A DNA stretch of 60,920 nt, filler included, from Basidioascus undulatus (lineage: Eukaryota): assembly GCA_000826855.1 (NCBI GenBank). It is 7 parts of 7 records of this genome, joined end to end, with 100 filler letters (N's around TTAATTAATTAA, not from the genome) between each part and the next. Parts side by side here need not be neighbours in the genome. Positions count along the whole stretch, not along the records: positions 17,466 to 26,084 come from JTLS01001363.1; positions 26,185 to 34,801 come from JTLS01001364.1; positions 34,902 to 43,517 come from JTLS01001365.1; 4 more parts are not named here. One strand, given 5' to 3'. Position numbers and translations under genes: made by a program. Of the stretch, positions 23,897 through 36,853 are shown in pieces. The notes below the pieces were generated by a model that was not told the origin of the DNA, searched no databases, and saw only the letters and a list, made by a program, of their open reading frames with translations. How positions within the stretch are numbered: position 1 is the stretch's first letter; every line of letters starts with the position of its first letter.

Positions 23897-26084
23897 ATGC
23901 GTATCGCTCTGCTGCCCCTGGGGCTACTCACCCTTGCCGGAATCGCGTTTGGCCAGGACAGCTCCTCCAGCGGCTTGAGTTCGAGCTCCAGCACGAGCGC
24001 GAGCAGCAGCTCCGCCTCCTTCACATCCAGCAGCGACTCCGCAACCCTCCCCGCCACCACGACCGTCCTCACGTCCGACACGTCCTTCCTCGGCATCGCG
24101 ACCTCCTTCGACGTGACCGTGACGAGCGTCCTGACCGTCACGCCGTCCACCTCGCGGGGGACCCCGTCCCCCTCGCTCCTCACCACTATCATTCCCCAGC
24201 CGACCGCCTCGCTCGTGCTCACTCCGCTGCCCAAAGCGCCCGACCTCCCGCTCGCGATCCGCATCACGCCCGCCTTCGGCGTGCTCGGCGCGCTGCTCCT
24301 CCTCTCCTCCCTCCCCATCGCCATACTCGGTGCGTCCTCCCGCTGGACGGGGATCTTCGGGCCGGCCGTCTACGCAGGCGCGCTCGCCCTCGGCTGCATC
24401 CTCATCTCGGGGGTCGTCCTCCCCAAGCTGCAGAGCCTCAACTCTTCGCAGGCGAGCCCAGGGCTCCAGGGCGTAATCGTCGTCGGGTCCGTCATCCTCG
24501 GCGTCCTTGCCGGCGCGGCAGCGTGGTTCGTCCAGCGCGCGGTCGCGTTTGGCGTCTGCGGGTTTGGAGGACTCGCCCTGGGGTGGTGGATCCAGGCTCT
24601 GAGGAAGGGAGGCGTCGTGCCCACTATGGCAGGGAAGTGGATCTTTTATATTGGCATGGGGACGGTCTTTGTCCTCCTCGCTCTCCACCCGCGCGTCATG
24701 TCCCACCTCATGCGCGTCTCGACCGCCATCCTCGGCGGGTCCGCATTCGTCCTCGGCATCGACTGCTTCGTCCGCTCGGGCTTGAAGGAGGTATGTTTTC
24801 TCCTCCTCCCCTGTTCCGCAATGTTCCTCAGCAGTTCCACTGACGCTCGTGCATTTGCAGTTCTATATGTACAATCTCGGCTACGCCTCCCTCTTCCCCA
24901 AGATCGAGTGTGTCCCACGTCCGATTTTCTATGCATCCACCCTCTCACGCTTTCTTCTGCGAACAGGGGCCCCTTCCCGCTCACCCAAACCGAGATCATC
25001 CTCCTCGCCATCATGGTCGCCGTGACGCTCATCGGCCTCGCGCTGCAGTACCGCCTCGCGATCCTCACGGGGCGGCGCGCCAAGACGGGCCAGCGCGAAG
25101 ACAAGGAGGCGCGGTCGGACCTGGACGACGACGAGCGGGAGTACAAGCGGCAGAGCCGGCGGGCGGACGACCTTGAGGCGTGGGAGACGACGCACGGGCG
25201 GCGGCGGGGCGAGCACCGGCGCGAAGAGTCGAGCGCGACGACGCTCCTCAACGCCACTACGCCCCTGTCGGGCAAGTTCTCCCTCGACGGCGCGGGCTAC
25301 TTCGGCGCAGTCCTTCCCGGCAGCGGCGCGGGGAGCGAGCCGACCAAGAGCGACGAAAGCGTCACGCTCGCTGGTTCCGACTTGCCCTTTACCCGGCGGG
25401 ACCGTACCAAGTCGGTGCAGAGCGCCGGCCCGCTCCCGCTCTTGGACTTGGGGAGCCCGGGGATCCGCGAGGGGCTCGGGGGGCTCGCGGGGAAGGATGG
25501 GGACGGGGAGGGCGCGGGAGAGGGCGTGGGCCCGAGGAAGGAGAGCATCGAGATGGTCAAGCAGGCGAGCGAGGATCTGAGGAGGAAGCAAGAGCTTTTG
25601 GACGAGATCCAGACTATTCGAAGGAGCATCGACGCGCTTAGGAGCGCCACGCCAGGGCCGGTCACCCCGCCCGCGGAGGACGCGAAGGATCGGGAGTGGC
25701 ACGAGTACTTGGGGTCCAGGTGCGTTTCGAGACAGACCCCCGTACTTCGCACTTGAAGGCAAGGTGCTGATGTGTATGATGTAACTTGCAGGCAACTCTA
25801 CGCTCCGCCTGCCCGTACGACCCCGCCCATCAACACCGCCAGCTCGGGCAGCGGCTCAGGGTCGATGGTGGACGTCTCGCCCGCGGTCGCCGCCGCGGTG
25901 CAGCGCCGCCGCGCGTCGGCGCACGAGCTCGACCGCCCGCCGCTCATGCACGCGCAGACGACGAGCTGGTCAGAGATGGACCAGTCCCCCGCGCACGCGC
26001 AGACGTACGGCGCGCGCCCACGCTCCCGCCTCAGCGGCTTCGCGTTGATGCTTCATCCGATTGCCTTCATCCCCTCCCCAACTC
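23897..26084 (+). CDS. DUF4203 / TM7S3-TM198-like multi-pass membrane protein (3'-truncated)
   Basis: Signal peptide MRIALLPLGLLTLAGIAFG, Ser/Thr-rich stalk, ITPAFGVLGALL, several TM helices, STAILGGSAFVLGIDCFVRSGLKE/FYMYNLG (intron 24791-24860), then a long low-complexity cytosolic tail. Confidence 0.8.
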
Positions 26085-26184
26085 NNNNNNNNNNNNNNNN
26101 NNNNNNNNNNNNNNNNNNNNNNNNNNNNTTAATTAATTAANNNNNNNNNNNNNNNNNNNNNNNNNNNNNNNNNNNNNNNNNNNN
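26085..26184. other. Artificial contig linker
   Basis: N44-TTAATTAATTAA-N44. Confidence 0.99.
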
Positions 26185-26250
26185 TCTTAGTCCACGGGGA
26201 AGGGAAAGATTGAACTGGTCTGGGGGGGGGGGGGGGGGGTGGGGGGATAG

Positions 26251-26593
26251 TGTTGCTGGCGGCAAGGCAGAGGCCTTCTTGGAACACCTCCGGCTGTTCA
26301 CCCTCGCTGAGAGCCTCGGCGGCGTCGAGAGCCTCGCGGAGCTCCCGAGCAAAATGACGCACGCGAGCTTGTCGGTGGAGGACCGCGCGACGCTCGGCAT
26401 CGGCGAGGACTTGGTCAGGCTCAGCGTGGGGATCGAGGTGAGTTTACTGCACTGCGCTGCGGGGGTTGCTTGGGCGAGTAGGGAAATGCTGATAGGCAGA
26501 CGGGGTGGGCCGGGGTGGTAGGATGGCGAGGACCTGAAGAGGGATGTGCTGGGGGCGCTGGAGAAAGCTTTTGGGGAGGGGGAGGGGAAGTAG
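26251..26593 (+). CDS. CYS3: Cystathionine gamma-lyase (last two exons)
   Basis: Exons 26251-26437 and 26522-26593 encode LRLFTLAESLGGVESLAELPSKMTHAS...LVRLSVGIE/DGEDLKRDV, the Cys/Met PLP-enzyme C-terminus. Confidence 0.85.
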
Positions 26594-26890
26594 ACCGAGA
26601 AGAGGGGAGAGGTAGAGGGAGAAGATGGGACGACTGACGATCATGGACGTTTATAGCTAGGTTGCCCGCTGAGCTGTTTCGAATCTGATTTTTCTTTGAA
26701 TCTCGTTTGCTAGATTTACTCAATTTTGAAGCTGCTGGACTAATTTGAAAGTGGCCGTCTCGACTTTCTTTGCCAATCTGCTGGGAATCGACCATGCCGT
26801 CACGCCGCTGACGCGCGGCGTCCGGCGCCTTCTCCCTTCTCCCAAGTCCCAGCCTTCCTTGTTCTCTACCTTTCTTCCCACTATCGCACG

Positions 26891-27401
26891 ATGAACTCAA
26901 TCGACCCCTCCTGCAACGACCTGAAGCATCGGTACGACGTGCGTCCTTGTGCCCGGCCTGCGTCGCATTCCTCCTCCGCTTGCTCCTCATACTCCCACCT
27001 CCGTCTTCCCTGCTGGCCGCGTCCGCCTAGTAGCAATGTTTCAACACCTGGTTCGAGTCCTACCTGAACCCCTCTTCCGCCCCGCGGACACCGCAAGAGA
27101 CGCACGCCAAGGCGGACGAGTATGAGCGGAGCTGCGGGGAGCTGTTTAGGGAGTACACGGAGTGCGTGAAGGTGGGTCTTTTCCTCCTCCCTCCCCCCAC
27201 CTCTCGTACCCCTGGTCCTTGAGGAAAGACGAGACTAAAGGGAGAGGGAGGGGACAGCGGGCTATAAAGTCCAAAGAGGGCTTGGAGGAGCTCATCGACA
27301 ACGCGTGGAGCGAACCGCCGTTCGCCGGGTTCGCGTCTGGCGATGGCTGCGAGGCGGACGCGGGAGGAGAAGGGGAGGCAGGGAAGGGCGGGAAACGATG
27401 A
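26891..27401 (+). CDS. MDM35: Mitochondrial intermembrane twin-CX9C protein Mdm35/TRIAP1
   Basis: Exons 26891-26938, 27034-27171 and 27258-27401 encode MNSIDPSCNDLKHRYD/QCFNTWFESYL...CGELFREYTECVK/RAIKSKEGLEELID. Confidence 0.88.
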
Positions 27402-27544
27402 TAGGGAGGGAAGGGGCGTTGGATGGGATGGGATGGAAGGAGCGGAGTGCGCCGCTGGAGACGCACTTACATCGAGCACTTGACCACTCACTCGATTATC
27501 TCGCCTTGGCACTTGTCTTTCGCCGTCATCCGTTATACCCTTCT

Positions 27545-27955
27545 CACCATTCGACCACTCATCTCTATCGGTATCCTGGGCGGCATGACAGCGAACACGG
27601 GCGTCGAATACGCTACCTTAATCGCCTCGTTTCGCGTCAGCGCCTCCGTGGTCGCCCGCCTCACTTCCAGTTTCGATCAACTCATCGCTCATCCGGCTCC
27701 TTCCCCGCGCGTACATTTTGCTATCGCCTCATCCTTCAGCATTAATCCATGCAGCCTGTCTGGGGGCGTCCGTCTTCTTGCCTCCTCGGCGGTCAACTGC
27801 AGCGCCATGTGCACACCTCGCTACTCGGACAACCGCCCTCCGCCCGGTTCATCTCTCCCATCGTGCATGCCCTGATGAGCTTTTGGATGCTGGCTTGAGG
27901 ACAGAGCGCGCGGCTAGTCGCCCTGGTTGCACGATCCGCGCAGATCGATTGCAGT
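27545..27955 (+). pseudogene. Possible aspartate/glutamate racemase remnant
   Basis: ISIGILGGMTANTGVEY resembles the IGILGGM...EY N-terminus of Asp racemases. It is followed by LSGGVRLLASSAVNCSAMCT and, in another frame, SPIVHA...ARLVALVA. No intact start; stops and a frameshift are present. Confidence 0.35.
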
Positions 27956-28710
27956 GAGCTGCTGTGCCGGGCGTTTTTCAGTTCATCTAGCGATCCTTCT
28001 CCGCCCGCTGTCCCAAGTCGTCCTTGCGTGCATTTCGAGCTGGCTGCCAGTTACGTGAAGGAAAGGGTGCTTGCATTTCGCTCTTAAAAGGCTCCAGCTC
28101 ACCCATCGTCCCCATGGGCGCCAGGGGGCGAGAAACGCGAGGTGGGGGGGTGCAGGGCGCTTCACACAGGTCGCCTTTTGGCGCACTGTCTGCACGATCC
28201 ACAAAGATTACTGAGGGGTGCTGATTTGAGGAAGGAGGTATGGCTTCAACTAACATATTTTCAGACGGTGTGTCCAGCTGGCACTGAGGCGGGTTATAGA
28301 CGGATTCAGGCGGGGCCCGCGGGATAATGTTGCGAGCGGTCCTCCGCACTGGCATGCTGTCACGCGTGTTGCGCAGATCGCTACATCCCAACCTGAGCAC
28401 GCAGTGCAGCACAGGCGTTCGAAGCAGGCGCCATTCTGCTTATGTTGGTTATGTTGGGAGGACGTACCACACGACTTAATATTCGAATTGCAGCGACATT
28501 GTGCATAGCCTACAACAGCCCGATCGCGAACGGGTCCTACCTCGGCGTCGAAAGTTGTTCCAGCAACCAGTACCACCAGCCCTCCCGACCGTCTGGTAAA
28601 GGCGGAATGTGACCACGTTAGCGACCGGACCGGCGCAAAGGAACAGCAGCGCCTTCCCATCCCTCCCCCTGGCCAGCTCTGACCAGCCCACGCGGTATCA
28701 GCACCCGGTT

Positions 28711-29288
28711 TCAGCTGGATCTACAGGGACTCAACTCGCCGTCTTCATACAATGCCTGCGCAGGAGAAAAAATGTCGTCTCCTTCGATGCCGCCCAAGAG
28801 CTCCGCCACCCGCTTGAACTTCAACTTCTCGTACGATTGCAGCTCGAAGCCGGGCTGGCCGGCGGCGACAGGCCTGAGATTGAGCCGGAGAGCGTGGCGC
28901 TCGCAGATGGAGCGATCGAGGTGGAGTTTCAAGAACCAGAAGAGAAATCGGCGTAGAGCATTTCGGTGTATGTTCGACCACTTCCCGATAGACGCGAGGT
29001 CGGGCACATACTACGAGTTGGCGGCCGAAGCGAGTATCGTGGCGTTGAGGCCGCAGATCTGCTTGTGATGCGGCCAGTGCTTGCGCTGGCACTCTTTGCA
29101 GCACTAGCACGCTGTAGATCAACTATCAATTAGTATTGGTCTTAAGTGGAGGGAGCGAGGGACGGACGTGCCTTCCATGCAGCGAGTGCAGAACCGACGC
29201 TTTGGGCTACTCAGCGGGGCGGGCGCATCGCACTTCTCGCAGCGGCCGTTGCGGAAGGCCGAGTTGAAGATCTTCCATTTGAGGACAT
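28711..29288 (-). pseudogene. MYND zinc-finger protein, pseudogene
   Basis: CEKC...RRFCTRCME/AC*CCKECQRKHWPHHKQIC with in-frame TAG stops at 29104-29106 and 29011-29013. Confidence 0.7.
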
Positions 29289-30689
29289 GAGTGGAGCCTT
29301 TGTCTTAGTGAAGACTAGATCCGGCTGTCGATGGAGGTGCGAGCTCGTACTGGCAAGAGCAAGGAGTGGCGGTCGGCAGTAGCCCTGGTAGGTTGCGCAC
29401 GGAGTGGGCCGCGCGGAAGCCCTGGACAAAGGGAGAGTTACAGAAAGTTTGAGCAAGTATTCCTTTTTTAGAATCCCCTCTTCGGTACAATAATGCAGTT
29501 GGTGTTGATGTGAAAACCTCTTCAAGCTGTGGGTTTGTATGAAGTTTCTGCCAGGAGATCTGTTACTTCGAGGGCTTGAGGCATGAGATGGGTAGTGTAA
29601 TCATTTCATCGATCTTTTCGCATTGAACATTTGTAGCTACCCTTGCATTACATAGCACGAGCGAGCGTATGTCGTAGTCTTCTCCAGGCACAGGTAGGCG
29701 GTTAGAGAGGGGTTCGAGCATGAACTTCAGGATGACCAGGGCTCATCAATTCCAAGTTGTCAATGTTGTCTTGTTGGGCAATAATTTAATAGATGTTTGT
29801 ACCTTCCTTACCAAGGTGGTGCCGTTCGAGCCTGATCGAGTTCCATCGCTGACCTTCGCCTGTACAGCAAACTCACCTTCATCGAGGAAGTTTCTGGACT
29901 AGGTTGATTGTGAAGACTCTATCTGTATCTACAATCCACCTCCTGGGTAATACCGCTAGTATGATGCCTAATCTTTAACTGACGCGCTGTGGTTTAGCTC
30001 CGTGGCCACCGCGGAACGACGAGGCAGATGTAGTGTCTACAATCCCCTTTGTCACAAGCTTTTCGTGATAATTGTTTCCGTCCATAGGAAGCCGCTCCGC
30101 GCCAACTTGGACCTTGGACCTGCGGTATTCTAGTATCATGTTACGCCAACAGTTTCAGCACCTTCGTCAGGTTAGCCGCCGAACCTGACTCCGGTTGTAA
30201 GGGAAGACAAGGTCTTGACACTTGAGCAGCCTTCCACCTTTTGAAGACCAACAACGAAAGGATAGAGTAGGCATCATTGGCAGTCGAGGGAGGGGCCGAA
30301 CATCATACCCCCGAGCCTCTGGCACTCAGACCATTCCCACTTCAGTCCTCTCTAATTTCAGTTTGCATCTACTGTACAACAAGTCAAAAACAGATTCTTA
30401 AGACCTTGCTGCTGGTGCAAGCCCAAATTATTAGAAGATACTGGACAGACTGTGCAGTTGACAGACTATGCAATGCAGCAGTACATCACCTCGCCACGGG
30501 AATTCGCGAAACATCAAACGTTGGAATTGAGGTCGAATTGATGCTCTGAAGACCTGTCCTAAGTTCCAGGAATATAAGAAGGCCTTGCCACTTTGGCTCC
30601 ACGGGGGAGACGTGAGCAAGCGCACCTCGCAGGAAAACACTGACATGCACTGGGGAACGCCTAGACCGCTTCTGACGTGTATAAACCAG

Positions 30690-31355
30690 GCGCTGCCTGA
30701 ACCACCTCCGCCCCAGGGGATTACTTCTTCTTTTGGAACCGGAGCTTGCTGCTTATTCGGACCCTTCGACCGGGACCGGTCCAGTCATGCGCGAGCTCTG
30801 GCCGAAGTTCTGTGATCTGTGCCGCAAGCGAGGCATAGACGTGTCTCTGCCCTCCAGCAGTGCGTCCTAACATCTCTCATAATGTTTCCCGGATTGTCAA
30901 GCTGAACTAACAATGCATTAATAGTTGAGAAGATCTTCGAGCAGCTGAAGGCTGAAGGTAGAATTGATCAAGGCGCTCAGGTGAAGACCTTCCGGCTGCC
31001 CATCAGCCCCTGGCCAACCGGTTCGTTTTCTCAAATTTCAACCTGCGAACGACCCTGTGTCTTGAATCGCTTCCCGTCCCGCAGACCCGAGGTTAAAAGA
31101 AGTAGGCCGACTGATGGAGATACACGTGCACGCTTTCATCCGGTCTGTTCTACCACGCCCATTCCCAAAGCTACTCATTCGCTGATAATTTACCGCTGTC
31201 GGGTTTATTCGCCTTCTAGGGCCATGATATTGGTCCTCCTTCGAGGTGGTTCCTCCGAGGTCGAGCTTCAGAACATGCACAGCCACATACGGCAAAAGTT
31301 CCGCGAGCTGCGGCCGGAGTGCAGAACCGCCTTTGCTTGGGCCATCAAGGCTTGA
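30690..31355 (+). pseudogene. LaeA/TAM-like class I SAM methyltransferase, C-terminal half only
   Basis: Spliced fragments HLRPRGLLLLLEPE, RELWPKFCDLCRKRGID, VKTFRLPISPWPT/DPRLKEVGRLM and FAWAIKA*. I cannot find the SAM-binding DxGxGxG motif upstream. Confidence 0.6.
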
Positions 31356-31754
31356 CCAGCACTTGTCGGTGCCTGTCGCCTGTTTATTTCTTTGATACGA
31401 TTTGGATTCTGGGATGCAACTTGAACGTCTTCCGAGTGGTCTGCCTACACTGAAGCAGCTCGACTGCCATAGTACATGGAGACATGGCTCTTTTAGGCGT
31501 AGATACTGGCGCACACCCAACACTACTACTTCTTCGCAGAAGTTTGGAATCTTAATATCCTTAAACATAACAGAGCGACAAGTGCAACAAGAGCTCACCA
31601 AGCATGCCATTCCAACCCAAAAGCCGCCGCAGTCCCTACTAAAAATCTTGAAATACAACTTTCCCAGTGAGCACAATGGGTTCATCTTGGCGGATCCTAG
31701 AAAGTACGCTTACCAGTCCACCCTTCCCTGACCAACAGCTGTTCCAAGTCCTCG

Positions 31755-32764
31755 TCAGGCCCCACAGCTGCCACGACGCGCTTTATCCTTGGCGAGCTCC
31801 GAGCGATCTTGAACTTGATGCGCTGGACCAAGCTTGGCAGTCCGATAAGAATGTGCCGTTTGACAGTCTCGCTTTCCCCGAGCGAGACTGCCGCCGGGAT
31901 TTCGGAAGCGCGGTAAACGGCGAGAGCGATGTAGTGCATGCGAAGCGTCCGCAGCATCTCGATGATCCCCGACGGACCGCTCAGCGTCTCCGCCGACCAG
32001 AAGAGATTCCGAAACCGGGGTTTCATTGTGGGAAGAGCCGAATGCAGATGGCGACGTTGAGGACGAACTAGAGGTCGAGGTTGGGGGGCCCGTCATCAGT
32101 GCGAAGCTGAAAGCTGACGGGGGCGGTGAAGGGACTTCGGAGAGTGTACGAGCGAGAGCGTCGATGGGCCGGACGTTGGGAGCCTCGAATGGCAGGGAGA
32201 CGGAGAGGGTATCGAGAGGAGAGCCTTTGACGCAGGCTTGGAGGATCTCCTTGAGATGAAGCGTCCCGCAGTCGTGCTCGAGCTGCCGCACGTGCGTCCC
32301 TAAATGGGCCAGGGAGCAGAGGAGAGTTACGAAAGCGCGGGTTTGGGACGGAGTCGTAAGGATGACAGTGTGTAGCGCGTTTGGTAAGACGACCGTGTTA
32401 CATAGTCGCGAGACGAAGAGGGCGGTGGAAGCATCATGCGGGGCGGTCGCGGCGTGATGAATGATTTCTGACTGCACAGCGTTAGGGAGGCGCTGGAAAG
32501 CGAACAGGCGGTTGGCCTGAAGCAACATAGAAAATGGTTGAGTGGGGATACCGTGGTTGGTCAACAAGCTGTTAAGGACTGGAAGAGGCTGCGCCCGGGG
32601 CCAGTCATGACCCGTCGCGACCTATGGTGACTGGGCAATGGGCACAGCCCGGCAGGCAACGTGGCGGTGTCCATGCCGGCCACGAAAGCGTCCGGGTAAG
32701 GCGAGGCCGCTGCCAGCTCGATGATGTGCTTGTAAATTTCGGCAGGAAAGTGTTCGAAAGGCAT
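31755..32764 (-). pseudogene. F-box-like hypothetical protein(s), probably degenerate
   Basis: Two F-box-like starts (MPFEHFPAEIYKHIIELAA; FQRLPNAVQSEIIHHAA) followed by LFVSRLCNTVVLPNALHTVILTT...LGTHVRQL. The frame is broken downstream. Confidence 0.45.
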
Positions 32765-33216
32765 CTTCGGTACTTAGTTGTGAGTGGGTGGATGGGGAGA
32801 CTGCTCGTGGAATCGAGGAGTAGATGAAAGGGGGAGAAGAGTGGTCGTGCGTCAACTCAGTCCGCTTGGCGCTTGTGGCCGCGACTGTCGGTAGTTCGGA
32901 ATTCAGTTCTGAGGGCTACTACGGCCATACGAGGAAAACGTGTGGGATTTTAGGAGCTTCCAGTTGGGAGCTGCTTTAAGGAGAAACATAAAAGGGACCT
33001 CTTCTAAGCGGGTTAGCAAGTATGCCCTCCGAAGCGCCACTCAAGTAGGTCCCAATCATCCGCACCCGACAACCGCATTCCAGACAAGAACGAGCAAATG
33101 CGAGGCAGCGAGTCCAACAAAGTACATGCAGCACGAAAAAAAGCAATGCGAACACAGAATGCGAGAAGGAAATGGGGTTTTTTTTTAAAAAAAAAAAAAT
33201 CCATTGGTAACAGCGC

Positions 33217-34801
33217 TCAGATTGCGAGCCTTGCGACGGCGGCGCGCTCGTTCTTGTACAGCGCCATGAGCGAGCGTATGTGGTTGATAATCTCGGCTGT
33301 GGCGACACGATGTCAGTTTCAATTTCCTGTGCAGCGTCTCTACAGGTCTAAGGAAGAGGATGGCTCACTGGCTTGCTTCGCCGACTCCGCCTCGAAGTCG
33401 TACCTGCGTTGACGACAGCGCGGTTCAGCAGAAGAACGGAGGGAAGAAGGGTGGGATCGAAGATGAGGGGCATGGTGGAGCTCCGAGGGAAGGTCGGGAG
33501 AGAGGCAACTGGGTAGGTCTGGGATAGAGACGGCGAAACATGACGACGCACCGCTTGACCTTCCCGTTCCGCCACACGTCCAGCTTGAAGTTATTGTCGA
33601 TCTTCTTAACAGGCTTGCATGCCTTGACGGTCTGCTCGTACCGCACCGCCCACAGTCAGTCTCTACTCGCTTACTGAACGTGTGGTTGGACGTACAGTGA
33701 TGTGGAACGAGCTCGTCTTGAAGCTATCCAAGAACGCCTTCTGCTCGGAGGGCATGATCTGTCGCGCCCAACCACCCGCATCAGCATCTCGCCTTCTTAA
33801 CCTCACGATATCCCAGAAGGCCGCACGGCAACGCACGTGGATATAATCCCCGTCGATGGCGAGCACACGCTCGTGCCTGCCAACCAGGCCGAGGATCCGG
33901 CGGTTGACGGTGTATTTCTGTTGCGTGCAGCGTGGGTCAGCCAGAGCCAAAGGGAACAGAACGGAGAGCAAGGAAATGAGAAAACGCACCTTGTATGATG
34001 CAGTAAAGTCCAACCCAGCGCCCATGCGCCGCGGGTCCTTGCTCAGTCGCTTGAAAATGGACGCTGCCAGCCGCTCACCCGGATCAGCTTCTGTAACTCA
34101 CCTCCCGAGCACATACCGAAAAACGGCGGAAGGGAGAAAGAGTCAGCGCACCGTTCGGGTCCGTGCTCCTGGCCAGGGCCATGCCCCGATCGAGGCCGAC
34201 GTCCGCCTCGACGTACTCGCGCTTAACGAGCATGAGGTCCGCGATGCCCTCGAGGGACTCGACGGTCCGGTCGAGGGGCACGACGAGCGATTTGGACTTT
34301 ACGAGGAGCGCCCAGTCGGACGGGTTCGGGAGGTGCTTCTTGGCGCATATCTGCGGGGGAGGGGTGAGGGTTGAGAAGGGGTGAGAGAGGGGATGGGAGG
34401 ATGGAAGGGAAGGACGAACCATCTCCAGCACGTCTTGGAGGTACATGTCCGAGGGGACGCTGACGGCTACCCGCGTTGCACTGGGCATCAGCATGCTCCC
34501 ATCCTCCCACCAAATCAAAGCCTAGCCACTCGCAACTCACTAGTAGTATAACTAACATCTGCCGTCGCATGCACGCTAACCTTCAAGAACACGCTCGGTG
34601 CCAGACTGCTGCTGACACCCGCCGTAGCGCTCTTGCTCAGCCCGCTCGCGCTCGCGCTCGCGGCGAGGCCCCCAACCCCCGCCGGCGGCGGCGCGAGGAG
34701 CGTGTTGCTCGGTGCTGCTGCGCCGGGTGCGGGGGTGGGGGCGGATGTGGGTGCGGGGGGGCGAGCGCGGGGAGCGGCGGCGAGCGTGCGAGAGGGTGGT
34801 G
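33217..34801 (-). CDS. AVO1: TORC2 subunit Sin1/Avo1 (3' part with PH domain)
   Basis: Spliced reading gives VSVPSDMYLQDVLEM/ICAKKHL...VVPLDRTVESL, STDPN/ASIFKR, YK/KYTVNRRILGLVGRHERVLAIDGDYIH/IMPSEQKAFLDSFKTSSFHI and KR/YDFEAES. Stop at 33217-33219. Confidence 0.88.
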
Positions 34802-34901
34802 NNNNNNNNNNNNNNNNNNNNNNNNNNNNNNNNNNNNNNNNNNNNTTAATTAATTAANNNNNNNNNNNNNNNNNNNNNNNNNNNNNNNNNNNNNNNNNNN
34901 N
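34802..34901. other. Artificial contig linker
   Basis: N44-TTAATTAATTAA-N44. Confidence 0.99.
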
Positions 34902-34961
34902 TTTTCCACGTCCTACCCCTGCTTCCCTCATGCAGTGCTGACATGTTGCCACTGCTTTTAG

Positions 34962-35854
34962 GCGGTCTCGCAGCGTACGAATCCGCCCGCCACAACACCA
35001 ACCGCGCTCCCTCCACGCCCCCGCGGGCCTCCAAGAAGCGATCCCGGGCGACATCGACCTCCTCCTTCTCCCCGAGCCCGAAACGCCCCGCACGCAGCGC
35101 CTCAAACGGTGCGGACATCGTTCCCGGCCTCGGGCGTACGCGAGCCCAGCGTGCGCGGGCTGCGACTCTAGGGCTTTTCGACCAGGGCGGGAACTCGTCC
35201 TCGGACGCGGAGGAGAGGGAAGCCGAGGAGCACACCGCTTTCACCGCCCCGTCTCCGGTACGGCCTCAAGTCGACCCGAAGCCGCCGAAGGAAGACGCCA
35301 CGCCGCTGCGCTGCATTTCGTGCGACCACCCGCTCGCGGCGCGCTCCGACGGTCTCCTCCTCCGCGGTCGGCCGGCGGTGTGCGACGACTGCGCCGGCGC
35401 GGACGGATCGGACGACGAGCGCGCTGTCGCCCCGCGGCTCGTTCAGAGGGAGGAGGAAGACGAGGGAGGGGAGGATGAGGATGACGACCAATGGAAGGGG
35501 TCGGACGCGGGCTTGATGGGATTGATGCTCGGATGCAGGTGGGGGAAGCGGAAGGAATGGTCCGGGCCGCAGCTGTCATACGACTTGGAGAGGACGAGGA
35601 CTACCGCGTCGGTACTGGACAGGACGCTGGAGGACGAGCTGAGGCTGTACGTCTCCTCAATCGTTGCCTCTAGGTTCTCACATTCATCTGAAAGCCTCTA
35701 ATTATCTGACTGCCTCCCTTCAACCCGCAGCTTCCAAGGACTCTCCCACCTCCTCTCCACCCCGCACCCATACTACACCTTCTGCCCCTCCCCCTCCCTA
35801 TCCCGTCCCGGCACCCCAGTCGTCCCACCACCCCCTCGCCCACACCGACCCTAG
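34962..35854 (+). CDS. 3' exons of an unidentified low-complexity protein with a CxxC-x19-CxxC motif
   Basis: Acceptor at 34961, GC3-rich frame with CISC...CDDC and an acidic tract, intron 35647-35730, stop at 35852-35854. No family recognised. Confidence 0.45.
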
Positions 35855-36853
35855 CGCGAACGCTCGCGATCAGCAAGCTGCCGGCACTCACGCCCAGGAG
35901 CACCGTCCCCTTCCCGAGCCCGTTTGGGTGGCACACGTCGCCGTCGCCGCAGAAGGCGGGGACGTGGCCTAGGAGGACCGAGCAGCGTGCTTGGACGGTG
36001 GGCCATGGCTTTTAAGGATTGAGAATGAGGGAGTGGGCCGGCTGGGGATTGGGGAGGGTGGCGCAGTCGCGTTACCAATTGTTGTTCTTGTGGCTTTTCT
36101 TTCTTTCGGGACACGCCTTTCGATGGTAATTTATCTTGATCACCTTAATACTCCCACCTATTTGATTGATTATTGCTGTGATGTCCGTTTGGCTGTTGCA
36201 TTCATTCCTCGCAGCGTGCCTGCACCAGGCGAAGCACGAAGCAGTGGAGGCCTATCGACCTTTTTTTTTCGCTTCATGTAGATAATTTGTAGTTCGGTGT
36301 AGTTAGTGTTCTCGCAATGATGATGGGATAGAGCACTCGACGAGTCGCATGTTGCCTATGTGATTCTGCCGATCGTCCGCACTGGCTGCTGTGAGCGACT
36401 AGCGGGGAAACTTGAGTACACCGAGAATGTAATGTACTGATTTTGGCAGCCTTCCATACGCGCGATACTGTCACCTCGGATGCGAGAGATAGCCGGCAGC
36501 CTAAACAACGGTGGCGCCGCTGCGTCACCAGCCAGGCTGTAAGAGGTTTTACAACCCAAAAACACTAGTACTTTGGTTTCCGGGTCGAATGCAGTTGCAC
36601 AGATGTGTATCAGTCTTTGAAAAGGATCACAAAACATGAAATGGTAATCTGAATACGAGTCTAAACGAGCGGTGCATTAAACCTATTGATGGAGCGGGGA
36701 TTTCTGGAGCCGACTGAGGGAAATTCGGGAAACAGTATAGCAAAGAGTCTTGCAGCCGAGTGGAACAGAAATTAAGAGTACTAGTGGGCTTTGCCGCAGC
36801 GCGGCAGCGCCCATTGGCTGGACACCATGAGAAGAATGCTTGCTCAAGCAAGA

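Noticed and set aside
26222..26246. Long G run as a functional G-quadruplex
   Set aside because: Lies in a G-rich intron near a contig end where homopolymer length is unreliable, and fits the general G-skew.
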